Under the pieces are notes generated by a model. It saw only the letters and a program-made list of their open reading frames with translations. It was not told the DNA's origin and did not search any database. The translations under genes were made by a program, and so were the position numbers. From NCBI GenBank assembly GCA_034669905.1, contig JAXMOL010000001.1, positions 160,001-224,000 on the forward strand: a stretch of DNA of 64,000 nt, in the 5' to 3' direction. This DNA comes from Candidatus Hydrogenedentota bacterium (lineage in GTDB: Bacteria; Hydrogenedentota; Hydrogenedentia; Hydrogenedentales; JAEUWI01). Shown piece by piece: positions 18,673 to 29,096 of this stretch; position 1 is the stretch's first letter, and every line of letters begins with the position of its first letter.

Positions 18673-18708
18673 AAAAACGCCCCGACTCGAATGCTTCGAG
18701 TCGGGGCG
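18673..18708. terminator. Terminator hairpin between convergent genes
   Basis: CGCCCCGACTCGAA-TGC-TTCGAGTCGGGGCG, perfect 14-bp stem, with an A5 on the left side (U-tract for the minus strand). Confidence 0.8.
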
Positions 18709-18741
18709 ATGTCATTTCAAATCAGGGGGTAAGGCGGTACC

Positions 18742-20397
18742 TTACTCCCGGTCACGGCCACCTGCGCGGGCGGCGGGGGCGGCAGGGGCGGCTGCCCCAC
18801 CGGGACGACCGGCATTCTTCATGGCCTGTTCGTAGGCCGTCTTGGCGCTGCGAGCCTTCGCGATCTTGGCCTCGGCCAGGGCGATAGCGTCGAGCTTGCC
18901 CTGCTTGGCGCTGGCCGTATGGTCATCGGGAATGACGGTCACGATAACCGGTACACGCTCGTACTCCCGAATGGCTTCTTCGTACTTGTTGGTTTCTTCC
19001 AGCCGTTCGCCTTGCTCGATGGCGGCGCTGGCCTGCTCTTGCACGTCTCCAATGGTGGAAGAAATGCTCTGCGTAACGTTGCGTTTCATTTCTTCCGCCA
19101 GGTCGAACTGGTCGGTAAACTCATCGTCGACGCCCTGCAGCAGGTTCAAGACCTGTTGATAGCCTTTGATTGCCAGGCCGAAATTACCGCCGGTGCCATT
19201 GTTTTCCGCTTCTTCGCGGGCACTTTCGGCCTTGGCGATAATATTGACGATCATGCTACGATGTTCGTCCCGTTCCTTCTTACGCTTGTTGGTTTCCTGA
19301 ATCAGGTCCACAGCCACCTGGCTGGTGCGATCGAAACGAAGGGCCTGCTGGAAGGATGCCAGGGCATTGGGCAACTCCGTCTCTCCCTTACCCTTTATCT
19401 CGGCTTCGGCCAGGAAGTCCCGGCCTTCTTTGAGATAGTGTGCCGCCAGTTTACCGGCCACACGTTCCCGACCGGGTCCGCCGAGTTCATACGCGTTGCG
19501 CCACTCTTTGACGCTCCGCTCAATACTCTGACGGGTTCCGAAGGCGTAGTAGTGGTCGGCCACGGCCTCGAAGACTTCGGGGTCGGAGGGAGCCAGTTCA
19601 GAAAGGTTTTCGTAGACAATGCCTGCCTGATGAAAGTTTTCTTTTTCAGAAAGCAGGTAGGCAATTTCTTCCACGTAGTATTGCTCCATCAGGGAGCCCG
19701 TCACGGCGCTGCCCAAATCGCTGGGCTGGGGACGAATAATGGTGTACCACGCATCGGCCGTCGTCTCCACCGCCTTGGTAAAGTAGGTGGCGACACTTTC
19801 CTTCAGGAATCCGTCGTAGCCCCGACCACGGCGATAGTCATCGGCGATGAGCATCTCGTTATCACCATAAAAGGCCAACTGGGTGCGAAAATGCTGGTCC
19901 ACGTTGGTGATAGCCGTCCGGGTTGTGTTGGAGCTGATGTATTCGAAAAGTTTCAGATGATCGTTGATATCCGCCTCCACCTTCTTCTGCATGGCTTCTT
20001 CCTCAGGCGTCCAGGCGAGCCCGTAGGGAAGGAAGATATCCGAGATAAGCGCCGAAAGGGCACCCATGCGGAATGCGAAATAGGAACCTGCACCGCTCGG
20101 GCGGATGTCGCGCAGCAACTGAATCTGAATTCCCACCGCCTGAATTGCTTCTTCGTCCGAGTGAATCGGAAGGGTCTCGGCAATAATCGCCGCACCCGCT
20201 TCCGCACCCCGAAGCACATCCGCCTCATATTTCGCGTCACCAGGGCGAAAGGTGTCCGGATACTTGTGTTGAATTACCTGCATCGCCATTCCCGTAATGG
20301 TCCGCTGCGCCCGAGGTCCCCATGCAGTCGCATGGGTCGAGGCCAGCACCATAGTGAGAACGACACCGAATCGAATGATAAACGTTGTGCCAGTCAT
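18742..20397 (-). CDS. Exported hypothetical protein: possible degenerate PLC/P1-nuclease-like N-domain plus TPR-like helical region
   Basis: Signal peptide ending ATA-WGPRAQRTI, then long helical repeats ('ALASFQQALRFD', 'YEEAIREYERV'). Confidence 0.6.
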   Translation of the reverse strand: MTGTTFIIRFGVVLTMVLASTHATAWGPRAQRTITGMAMQVIQHKYPDTFRPGDAKYEADVLRGAEAGAAIIAETLPIHSDEEAIQAVGIQIQLLRDIRPSGAGSYFAFRMGALSALISDIFLPYGLAWTPEEEAMQKKVEADINDHLKLFEYISSNTTRTAITNVDQHFRTQLAFYGDNEMLIADDYRRGRGYDGFLKESVATYFTKAVETTADAWYTIIRPQPSDLGSAVTGSLMEQYYVEEIAYLLSEKENFHQAGIVYENLSELAPSDPEVFEAVADHYYAFGTRQSIERSVKEWRNAYELGGPGRERVAGKLAAHYLKEGRDFLAEAEIKGKGETELPNALASFQQALRFDRTSQVAVDLIQETNKRKKERDEHRSMIVNIIAKAESAREEAENNGTGGNFGLAIKGYQQVLNLLQGVDDEFTDQFDLAEEMKRNVTQSISSTIGDVQEQASAAIEQGERLEETNKYEEAIREYERVPVIVTVIPDDHTASAKQGKLDAIALAEAKIAKARSAKTAYEQAMKNAGRPGGAAAPAAPAARAGGRDRE

Positions 20398-20613
20398 GAC
20401 TTTCCTTATCCACCTTTCCCGGCCCCTGTTTGGACTCGGGTCCAACAACCTGCTGATGTAGCCGTACCCCGTAATGGAGTTATCCACGAAGCGGCCTTCG
20501 AAACTACGAAAACCTATCGGGCACCGATTGCCCACAATCGTGCTAAATCCAGTGATCACGGTAACATAAGGGGAAAGAAACTGTCAACGAATTCCCTTGA
20601 CGAGCTTTTCCCA

Positions 20614-22839
20614 TTATTCTTGCGACGTCCGCACACCTTCCTGCTCTGCAATTTGGACGATCCCGTGATGGGGGGCCCGTCCCAGAAAATGTTCTACATG
20701 TGAAAAGACATCCTCTCGCCCTTCCCCGTTCACAATACCATGCCGATCGCGTGCTAACACAATCAGTTCTTTCACCGTACTGCCCAATTTCTCGAAAATC
20801 AATTGACCACTGACGGGCGCTACGGTAGGGTCGTTGCCCGCCTGAATGATCAGCGTTGGCACGGTCACGTCCGGCAGAACACTCTCCGTCATGTTCATGG
20901 CGGCGACCAGTTCACGCACCCCCGTCAGGGGATTCTTCTTATAATTGATGTGGCTGTTTTCCGGCTCGTTGACCACGTAGTCCCAGGACTCCTTGCCCTG
21001 ACCCAGTGTTTTCAGCAGGGAGTTGAGCGTTACGATAGAGGGTACGAGCCGGATGGAATAATTGTTTACCTGGAGCGGTGCACAGATGCTGAACGCTGCC
21101 TGCACCTTGATGCCCTTTCGGGCTGCTGCGATGAGGGCGAGACATCCCCCGGTAGAGAAGCCGCCCACGATAATATTATCGGTCACACTCTTGATCACCG
21201 CATAACCGCGATTGTAAGCGTGGTACCAGTCCTCCCACTGGCAGTTCGCCAGGTCTTCGGGCGCGGTTCCGTGGCCCCGGAGCCGGACCCCATAGACGGC
21301 ATAGCCCCGCTGGAAGAAATATTCGGCCATGGCGCGCACTTCTTCGGGGGCCGCGAGGTAGCCGTGGGCCAACACGATGCCGGCCTTGGGGCGACGGGGA
21401 CACAAGAAGAAGGGCCGTCCGATCTCCGGGCCGTGACTTTCTTCAGGATCATAGTATTGGGCGTAATCTTCTTCGAAATAGCGTTGGTCTTCCTCCAGAA
21501 AGATCTCACGGATACGCTTGGAGAGTTGTGCCCGGGGCATCCTGGCCACTTTTTTAATCAGCTCGGTTGCTTCCGTCAACGGCTCCAGTTCGTTGGCAAT
21601 GACATTGGTCAATTCGCTGAACCGAGCCGTATGGAAATCCGCGCTTCCCTGTTCGATATCGGCGTTTTTTCGGTAGTTATTCCCTTCGCGAATAATGAGC
21701 CCCTCGTCCAGACACAGGGTAGCGAAGTCGTGAAACTTCTCGCTGGGGTCTTCGAAAACGATATCGCGGAAGGTCCGTTCCAACAAGCTGTGCAGGCGGT
21801 GCCTCCCCAGTTTTCGCAACTGGTAGGCGCAGAGAAAAATGCGGTTCCGGTAGGCCCGTTCCGTGGAGTAGACCCCCTGCTGATGGCGGATGAGGGTCGC
21901 AAAAATATGATCGTAGTTGATCGTGGTCAGTTGATAGATCTCACGCATATAGTGGAGCATCAACTCCCGGGCAGCCTTGTTGAACAGGGAACCGGAATCC
22001 ATCTCAAGGGATTCCATGTCGTTGAGGCCGCAGGCCATCACGGAGGCGAATTCGGGCGCATTCAGATAGTCGAGTACATCGATGGGTTCACCCAGTGTTA
22101 TATCAATATCCGTATCTTCGGAGAGTACGGTACCTTCCACCGACAGCTCTTCCAGCGCCCGTTTATTGAGATCTTTGGCGAAGCGCTTGGCCATGCGCAG
22201 GACGACATTGTCGCCGGCCCGCATGGGGAAGTAGGTAATATTCACCGGGATAATTACCGTGCGCTTATTCAACACATCGGCTTCGGGGGGCAGGTCAAAG
22301 AGGGCCAGGGCCTTGATCAGGCTTTCCTGGTTGTCCGGTCTATCGGCGAGACAGGCGAGCTTGTGGCGGTAGAATCCTGCGCGGAGTGCGAGGACCGCGG
22401 CGCCCGTGTGGGGCGGGCGGCGCACACCGCTGTTGTAGACACTGAATTCGCCTTCCGGATCAACGACCTTCTTGTCTTTGATCATGGCCCCTTCGGGAAA
22501 AATCATCCAGGGGTGCTCGCCCGTCAGAAGGGAGTGCACAATGATGCGGTCCCGGTCCGGGTCGGCCGTGGATACGGTGCCCGTGGACTGGAGGTACTTT
22601 CCGAGCCGTCCCTTGAAGAGGTCGGCCGCCGCGAGGCCCCAGATTTCCTTTCCCGTGTACTTGTGGATCACATAGGGGAGGAGCAGGGTTTCGAGGCGTG
22701 TGAAATGATTCACCACAAAGATGATGGCCATATCATCTTTGATGGTCTCGTAATTGTGTAATCGCACATCGGCGCGAATCAGTTGAGAGGCCAGATCCAA
22801 GGACCACTTGGTCATGGTCAAGGCAACTGTTGAGGCCAT
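20614..22839 (-). CDS. PlsC-like acyltransferase fused to alpha/beta-hydrolase (carboxylesterase/lysophospholipase)
   Basis: 'VVNHFTRLE' and 'MIFPEG'. C-terminal 'LAHGYLAAP', 'LRGHGT', GFSTGG nucleophile elbow, 'DPTV', 'RHGI'. Confidence 0.85.
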   Translation of the reverse strand: MASTVALTMTKWSLDLASQLIRADVRLHNYETIKDDMAIIFVVNHFTRLETLLLPYVIHKYTGKEIWGLAAADLFKGRLGKYLQSTGTVSTADPDRDRIIVHSLLTGEHPWMIFPEGAMIKDKKVVDPEGEFSVYNSGVRRPPHTGAAVLALRAGFYRHKLACLADRPDNQESLIKALALFDLPPEADVLNKRTVIIPVNITYFPMRAGDNVVLRMAKRFAKDLNKRALEELSVEGTVLSEDTDIDITLGEPIDVLDYLNAPEFASVMACGLNDMESLEMDSGSLFNKAARELMLHYMREIYQLTTINYDHIFATLIRHQQGVYSTERAYRNRIFLCAYQLRKLGRHRLHSLLERTFRDIVFEDPSEKFHDFATLCLDEGLIIREGNNYRKNADIEQGSADFHTARFSELTNVIANELEPLTEATELIKKVARMPRAQLSKRIREIFLEEDQRYFEEDYAQYYDPEESHGPEIGRPFFLCPRRPKAGIVLAHGYLAAPEEVRAMAEYFFQRGYAVYGVRLRGHGTAPEDLANCQWEDWYHAYNRGYAVIKSVTDNIIVGGFSTGGCLALIAAARKGIKVQAAFSICAPLQVNNYSIRLVPSIVTLNSLLKTLGQGKESWDYVVNEPENSHINYKKNPLTGVRELVAAMNMTESVLPDVTVPTLIIQAGNDPTVAPVSGQLIFEKLGSTVKELIVLARDRHGIVNGEGREDVFSHVEHFLGRAPHHGIVQIAEQEGVRTSQE

Positions 22840-22932
22840 AGAGACGTTCTCCCAATTACACTGCGCGTCGGTCAATCGACTATATCATGCCCGTTGGGAG
22901 TACCGCTAGAACGAACCCGCCCCGGGCGGCGC

Positions 22933-25900
22933 TTATTGACCGACGAGTCGTTGGGTACCGCGCAGGAGGCTGCGCGCACCGCTCTCAAGACTCTTCAGGG
23001 GCCCCAACTTCCCGGCCCGGAAGGTCGGGTCAGTGGCCGCCCCCCCGAGTCGCAATTCCACGCCAAATGCCTTGTTCATCATCTCGGCGGCATCGCCCAG
23101 GAGCGGTATGTTGCTGGCCACCCCCGTCACGCCCTCCAGGATCTGAAGGTCAATGTGCCCCTCCGCCGTATCCTTTGGAAAATCGAGTATGGCTTCGGCG
23201 TCGATCACGTAGGTGGAATCCTCCATGTGGTAGGGCGACAGGTGGAACACGCCCGACTCGATGCTCAGATCGCCTGCGAGGGCCGTGAAGGTCACCCCCT
23301 TATCTCGTAGAGAAGGAATACGCAGCCGCAGGATATCGGTCGTACGCAGGGCCGTCAGAAACTTCGAGGCCAGCCCCGCTTTTCCCAGGGTTCCGTTCCG
23401 GGCACTGAAGGAAACGGTGCCGTCCATGCCATTCAAGGAGGGCGTATCGTCTTCGTAAAGCGGGATGGACAAGACCGCCCGGCCATCGACTGCGCCACGC
23501 ATATCGCGGGTGCTTTCACTGAGCAGCGACTCGATCAGACCCAAATCAATGGACATAAGCACGAGGTCAAGATCGATGCGGTCGGTCTTTCCTGCGCCAT
23601 CCCCCCCTTGCCAAACGACCGTGCCGGTTCCGCGGCCATCGCCGCTCTTGAACTGGAGATTCGAAAAAGTCGTGTCGTCGCCCGCCTGTGTGAGTACCCC
23701 GCGCACATCGCTCACTACCGCGTCGCCCCATCCCAGCGTATCGAGGGCTACGTCGATGGTGCCGATGGTGAAGGACGGGGTGTCCTCCTTCGGTGCTACC
23801 CCTTCGTCGCCTGCCCACCAACTGTTCCAGGCGGCATAGTCGGCGGTGATCTGGTCCAGCTCGAGTGCCCCACCTGTGAGAGAGCCCGACCAGCCATCCG
23901 AACCGTTATCCAGTATCACGCGGGTAACATGGCCCCGGTAACTAAGGTCCAGCCCTTCGACCGCCCCGTGCCTACCGTTCCATTTCACCGGCCCATGGAG
24001 CCCCAATGGCGGCACGGATTCCCCGAGTTTCACGAGAACGTTCACCGCGTCGAGGGTAGCGCGTGCGCCATTGGCCTCGAAGCCTCCGTTCACCGTCCCA
24101 CCAAGCGCCGCCCCCGCCGGAAACAGCCCGGCCAATTCCACCAGATTGAGCGACACGGCATCACTCCCCACGCCCTCACTGCCCAGATAGAACGGGGTTC
24201 GGGTGCCGCCGAGTTGAAGCGTACCGGTGCTCAGGTCATTATTCCCGTCCGCCAGACTTCCAGAAATCTCGACGATTGCGGGAAAGCCGGAAGGCTTCGT
24301 AATCACCTCCCACGCAGCCGTAACGGGCGTAAAGTCCAACGCGATATCCATGGCATCGCGGGACGGTTCGTAGTGCAAATCCACCCCAACGTCACCGGTC
24401 GCCGTGACGCCTTCCGGAATCCATTCCGGGACCAGGCCCATCGGCACGGTGGCCACGGCACGCACCGCGGCAAGCTTCGTGGCTTCGGTCAACCCCACCG
24501 TGCCCGAGAAGGCGAGGGGCGTCTCGGAAGAAAAGCTGAGTTGACGGCTCTCCCGGGTGTATTGCGCCTGAAGGGTCACCCTATCGAGCCGCTTCAGGAT
24601 GTTATCCAACGACGGGTTTTCGGCGGTTTCCACCCCCAACGCCCTCGCGGCCTTCGCAACCTGGAGCACGACCTCCCCCTTCAGGAGGCCCTTGTCCGGG
24701 GCGTAATCACCCTTCGCCTGGAGGGGACCCAAGGTGTCACTCTGTCCCTTCAGGGCATAGGTGACCCGGTTCTCTGCCGCCGAAAGGGCCACAGAATCGA
24801 TGTGTACGGCGTCGACATAGTGGGCAAAGCTCAAGCCCAGGTCGAGCCCCGTGACCTGACCGTCTACGCGCAAATCATGGACCTCCCCGTCGCTCCGGGA
24901 AAAACGACCGGATACCTGGGGACAGTTCAAGGTGCCATTGGATACCGCCACATGGGTATCGGGATAGAAAGGTCGCCAGATAGGGCTGATAAGTTCACTA
25001 CGAAACGCGGCGGCAAAAGTCCAGTTGTCGAAGTGTTCGTCCCACTGCACCTCCGCCGTGACTTCACTCCCCAAGGCGACCAATCGATTGAGGCACAGGG
25101 CGCTGTCCTCCAATGAAATATAGCCACCAATATGATCGAGCGGCGTGAATTCCTGGCGATCCCGGTTCCACAGCGCGATGGCACCATCGCGCAGTTCGGT
25201 GTCCAGAAAGGTGGCCGAGAGCAGGGGCTGCCCATCGAGGAGCGTCGTGGTACAGCGAAGCACCTCGACCGTACCCCCTTCGAGCTTCAACCACTCCTGC
25301 CACGCGGGCAGCAGGGGCACCGTGGGCCCCAGATACAGTTGGCCCGTCAGATCCAACTGCATGGTACCCCCGTCCGATTCCACGAGCGTCCCCGACAGAT
25401 TCAGAAAGTCGCCGGACAGGTCCCGGATCTCGTAGCGCCCCGGGCTGATGGCCACGTGACTCCGCAACCCGGACACGGCAAAATCGGGCCCGTCGAGGAG
25501 GAGATCGACGCCGTCGGTGCGCACAACGCCCGAATCGAGAAAAAACTCCCCTCCCTCATCCACCCCAAGGCGCAGGGTCTCCAGGGCACCCCGTGCCATG
25601 CCATCGCTACCGGCGCGCAGGGGCAACTCCGGCACGAAGGCCAGCACCCAATCAACCCCCTCTCCCTCCAGAGAAGCCCTATCCACATGCAGGGCCCAGG
25701 CCGCATCGGAAGCGAGGGTCAGGGCTGCCTCTGCGACTACGGGCGGGGTATCGATTTCGAGGGTGGTGATGTCGAGGGTGCCCCCCTCGTAGGTAGAAGC
25801 CAAGGCAAAGGTTCCCAACGGCGCAGGCCGGGACGGCGCATAGATGTCGCCCGCTGCGGTCCAGGTAAGTCGGTCGTCCTGCGAAAAGGAGTACTCCAGG

Positions 25901-26649
25901 TCACCGTCGAGGCGAAAATCGGGGAGCCGGCGGTCGTCTGTGATTTCAGCGAGGGGCAATCCGGAAACCGATGCCACGCCCGCCAGAAGGGGCTCTTCGT
26001 TCACGGTCAGGGTGAGGGCACCCTCCAGTTCCGGCGTACCGGCAATCCCCACCACGGTAGCGGTGAAGACAAACTCCGGGGCCCCCTCCGTAACCTCCGA
26101 GACCGTCAGGGCCGCCTCCCCATAGCGCCAGTCTCCCCGGTAGATCGTAATTTCTGGCGCGGCTATCTCGGCCAGGGTCACCTTGAGCATGGGTTTTCCG
26201 GTCGTGGGGTCGGGCGTGTTGAGGTCCAGCATGTAGTCCGACCAGCGCTCACCAAAGTCGGCGGCCGACGCGGGAAGCTGGATACGGGCTTCCTCAATCA
26301 GGACCGTCCGCAGGTCAAGACGGCGCTGGAGCAACGCCCCGAGGTGGGCAGTTACCGACACCTGGGGCGCGGTGACCATGAAGCCGGGTTCTCCCAGCGT
26401 CACATCGTTGACCACGAGTCGGGGCGTCGGAAAGAGACGGAGGTCCATGGCACCAAATTCGAGGGGCAACTCAATGAGCAACTCAAGCTCTTTGTCGATG
26501 ATGGGTCGGTAGCGCTCGATATCGATGAATTGTTTGACCACCTGCCAGCCCCCCACCAGGAGGAGGAGGGGAAGGAGGAGCAACACGATGCGACGGCGGC
26601 GGCGTTTGCCCGGCGCCGCAGACTGGGTAGTGGGGGTAGAGGAAGCCAT
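22933..26649 (-). CDS. AsmA-family (AsmA-like/DUF3971) envelope protein
   Basis: N-terminal basic stretch plus TM; 'LRLFPTPRLVVNDVTL'; long beta-rich body; AsmA_2-like C-terminus 'GVELRLGGAATDPTF'. Confidence 0.75.
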   Translation of the reverse strand: MASSTPTTQSAAPGKRRRRRIVLLLLPLLLLVGGWQVVKQFIDIERYRPIIDKELELLIELPLEFGAMDLRLFPTPRLVVNDVTLGEPGFMVTAPQVSVTAHLGALLQRRLDLRTVLIEEARIQLPASAADFGERWSDYMLDLNTPDPTTGKPMLKVTLAEIAAPEITIYRGDWRYGEAALTVSEVTEGAPEFVFTATVVGIAGTPELEGALTLTVNEEPLLAGVASVSGLPLAEITDDRRLPDFRLDGDLEYSFSQDDRLTWTAAGDIYAPSRPAPLGTFALASTYEGGTLDITTLEIDTPPVVAEAALTLASDAAWALHVDRASLEGEGVDWVLAFVPELPLRAGSDGMARGALETLRLGVDEGGEFFLDSGVVRTDGVDLLLDGPDFAVSGLRSHVAISPGRYEIRDLSGDFLNLSGTLVESDGGTMQLDLTGQLYLGPTVPLLPAWQEWLKLEGGTVEVLRCTTTLLDGQPLLSATFLDTELRDGAIALWNRDRQEFTPLDHIGGYISLEDSALCLNRLVALGSEVTAEVQWDEHFDNWTFAAAFRSELISPIWRPFYPDTHVAVSNGTLNCPQVSGRFSRSDGEVHDLRVDGQVTGLDLGLSFAHYVDAVHIDSVALSAAENRVTYALKGQSDTLGPLQAKGDYAPDKGLLKGEVVLQVAKAARALGVETAENPSLDNILKRLDRVTLQAQYTRESRQLSFSSETPLAFSGTVGLTEATKLAAVRAVATVPMGLVPEWIPEGVTATGDVGVDLHYEPSRDAMDIALDFTPVTAAWEVITKPSGFPAIVEISGSLADGNNDLSTGTLQLGGTRTPFYLGSEGVGSDAVSLNLVELAGLFPAGAALGGTVNGGFEANGARATLDAVNVLVKLGESVPPLGLHGPVKWNGRHGAVEGLDLSYRGHVTRVILDNGSDGWSGSLTGGALELDQITADYAAWNSWWAGDEGVAPKEDTPSFTIGTIDVALDTLGWGDAVVSDVRGVLTQAGDDTTFSNLQFKSGDGRGTGTVVWQGGDGAGKTDRIDLDLVLMSIDLGLIESLLSESTRDMRGAVDGRAVLSIPLYEDDTPSLNGMDGTVSFSARNGTLGKAGLASKFLTALRTTDILRLRIPSLRDKGVTFTALAGDLSIESGVFHLSPYHMEDSTYVIDAEAILDFPKDTAEGHIDLQILEGVTGVASNIPLLGDAAEMMNKAFGVELRLGGAATDPTFRAGKLGPLKSLESGARSLLRGTQRLVGQ

Positions 26650-26702
26650 AGCCCCCAATTTTAGCAGGGTTGGTAGTGGCCATCACAGTACCACGACATC
26701 CC

Positions 26703-28562
26703 TCAGGGCGACGGCTTTACGCGGTAGACGGCCCCCCGCCCTTCGTGCCGCACGGCCTCCAGCCAGGGGGTGACATCCAAGGCAGTGCGCGTGTCTTCGG
26801 CTACCGGCCAGGTATGGGGGAGGTAGATCCAATCCACGCACCAGGTGTCGGCAATCTGCTTGCGTGTCGCCTCCGAACTCGTCGGGTCGAGGAAGGCCGC
26901 CACCGTTTCGGCAAGCATGGGATAGGCCTGGTCGGTCAGATTGAAGGAGCCAACCCCAAAAACGACGGGATTTCGACGCTGGCGGACGACCACATCGCTC
27001 GCCGGCGCAGGGGCCAGGACCGTGCCTGCACCGAGGTGTTCCAGGAGCCGTTGGTCGATCAGGGACATGGACTCAGCGTGCAGCGCCGGCCAGGGGCCTT
27101 CCGCGTTGTGGCGCCCGAGCGCAGTCTGAAAGGCGATCAGCGCCACTCCCATGGAGGTGAGCCCCATCCCCAGCACGATGCCTTGGGCGACCATGCGGCG
27201 TGACGGCGCCATCCAGATCAAGCCCTGGGCCGCGAGAATGGCCAGGGGCAACCAGAGAAATATCTGGAGACGTTGGGGGCCGAATCGGAGAAACCACCCC
27301 TGACCGAATCCCGATAGGGACAGGGCGGTAAAGCTGAGAAACCAGAGCAGGATCCAGTCGGGCACGGCCGGTACGGAGGCGGCGTCTCCCCGGTGTCGCC
27401 ATCCCCATAGCAGCCCAGGCAACGCGCCCAGCAGGGCCCCATCTGAAATCGCGGCCGCAACGGCACCGTCATTCCCCCTCAGCAGATTCCCATAGTAGCC
27501 CTGGTAAAGGAGGTAGCCTATCGCATAGGCCACGAGATAGCCCACCGTGGCCGAGAGCAGGATACGAAGGAGCCGCTGTGCGCCCTGGATACGCTGGTAG
27601 ATATAGGGAGCGCCAATGAGCAGGGGGCAGCCCGCCACCAGAATAAAGGGAGAGAACCACATGGCCATGTTGCCCACGACCACGTGATTTTCCACCACGG
27701 CTGGATTGCTCCGAAGCAGTAGGAAGGCCAGTCGAACGCCCAGGCCGCTGACCAGCGGAAAGTACCCCGCCGCCAGAACCCGCCGTTTTGGGGTGGCCGT
27801 GCCTTCCAACAGCAAGTACATGAGCATGAGTATGCTGGTAAAGGTCCCGTAGCGGGCATTCAGGAAGCTGGCGAGCAACAAGGCCACCAGCCCCCCCCAG
27901 GGCAGTCGACTCCCCGCTCCCCGGGTCCACCGTATCAGACTGGTCAGTGCGGCCAGGCAGCCCGCCAGCGAGAGCGTGTAGTAAAGCCGTGGCCCGTAGA
28001 GCACCGGATTAAAATGGGGACCTTCCATGAGGTCATAGACCGCAAAACGAAAGAACCCGGCCTCGAAGTCAGGTGCATCGTGCATGCCCAACAACCCCGT
28101 CAGCAGGTAGAGTATCCCCCCCGGTCCGCCCCCCAGGGCAAAGAGGACGAAGGCGGTGGTGGCCAGGCGGGGCACCACCACACCCAGAAAGCGGTAGGTT
28201 ACCCAGAGAAAGCAGGCCATACCCATCCCATTGGCGAGTCCGTAGAGTAAAAACGGAGGTATGGGAAGGAATCCCTTCAGGAGTCCCAGCAGCCCGTAGA
28301 GCCACAGATGGGGTACGCTATAGTAGACCCTGGCCTGGTCGCCTTGAGAGGCCTGACAGGTCGCATAGGGCGACGCAAAGCCACTGGGAAACATGTCCAT
28401 GCTCTCGATAAAGAGGGCACTGTCGGGGATGTGCAGCCCCGTGGGGACGGTGCCGGGTGGGGGCGCCCAGAGAATGAGGGCATGCACAAGGGGCTGCAGG
28501 GCCGCCAGGAGCACGATGAGCACCCCAATCGCCCGTGGCATCGGACGGCTGTCAGCGGTCAT
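26703..28562 (-). CDS. Polytopic membrane protein (possibly GT-C fold)
   Basis: 619 aa with many TM segments and a soluble C-terminal tail 'WCVDWIYL...GAVYRV'. Confidence 0.6.
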   Translation of the reverse strand: MTADSRPMPRAIGVLIVLLAALQPLVHALILWAPPPGTVPTGLHIPDSALFIESMDMFPSGFASPYATCQASQGDQARVYYSVPHLWLYGLLGLLKGFLPIPPFLLYGLANGMGMACFLWVTYRFLGVVVPRLATTAFVLFALGGGPGGILYLLTGLLGMHDAPDFEAGFFRFAVYDLMEGPHFNPVLYGPRLYYTLSLAGCLAALTSLIRWTRGAGSRLPWGGLVALLLASFLNARYGTFTSILMLMYLLLEGTATPKRRVLAAGYFPLVSGLGVRLAFLLLRSNPAVVENHVVVGNMAMWFSPFILVAGCPLLIGAPYIYQRIQGAQRLLRILLSATVGYLVAYAIGYLLYQGYYGNLLRGNDGAVAAAISDGALLGALPGLLWGWRHRGDAASVPAVPDWILLWFLSFTALSLSGFGQGWFLRFGPQRLQIFLWLPLAILAAQGLIWMAPSRRMVAQGIVLGMGLTSMGVALIAFQTALGRHNAEGPWPALHAESMSLIDQRLLEHLGAGTVLAPAPASDVVVRQRRNPVVFGVGSFNLTDQAYPMLAETVAAFLDPTSSEATRKQIADTWCVDWIYLPHTWPVAEDTRTALDVTPWLEAVRHEGRGAVYRVKPSP

Positions 28563-28947
28563 ACCCGACTCCGACCCCCAGCAGGGCTAAGGCCAGGGCC
28601 GTCGTCACCGCACCGGACACGTAAATAAACCATTGGGTCGGGCGGGACCAGGTGCTGTATAGGCCCCGGAGGGCATAGCGCCAGATAGTGGCCGCAGCCA
28701 GGCCGTTGCTGAACATTCCGATGACCACGATCCCAATGACATCCTCACCGCGATAGGCCCGGTGCAGTCCAAACACATAGACCATCGTCAGGGCCAGATA
28801 GGCCCCACCCAGGAGGCGAACAAACAAGATGGGCTCTGCGATAGGGAGTCGGTAGCGTACCATCAGGGCGTGGGGCAAGAAGAGCATGGGCACACTCCAC
28901 CCCAGGAAGGTAACCACGATCGTAATCCAGAGCAGGCTGATGAGCAT
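28552..28947 (-). CDS. Small four-TM membrane protein
   Basis: Four hydrophobic segments; overlaps the start of the next gene. Confidence 0.65.
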   Translation of the reverse strand: MLISLLWITIVVTFLGWSVPMLFLPHALMVRYRLPIAEPILFVRLLGGAYLALTMVYVFGLHRAYRGEDVIGIVVIGMFSNGLAAATIWRYALRGLYSTWSRPTQWFIYVSGAVTTALALALLGVGVGYDR

Positions 28948-29096
28948 GGGGTGATCCAACGTTGGTACGTGCCACTGTGGAGACCTTACCCCGTGGAAGC
29001 CGATGGGGTCAACCGCTCCCCTTTTCCGGCCTGTCCCAACTGGTGTATGCTCGGGGTCTTGGAATGAATGCAGCTAACCTGGCAGGATTAAGACCT

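Noticed and set aside
18919..25116. Long plus-strand ORFs (594, 652 and 502 aa) opposite real genes
   Set aside because: Typical GC-rich antisense open frames with no recognisable motifs. The minus-strand genes have clear signatures or signal peptides.
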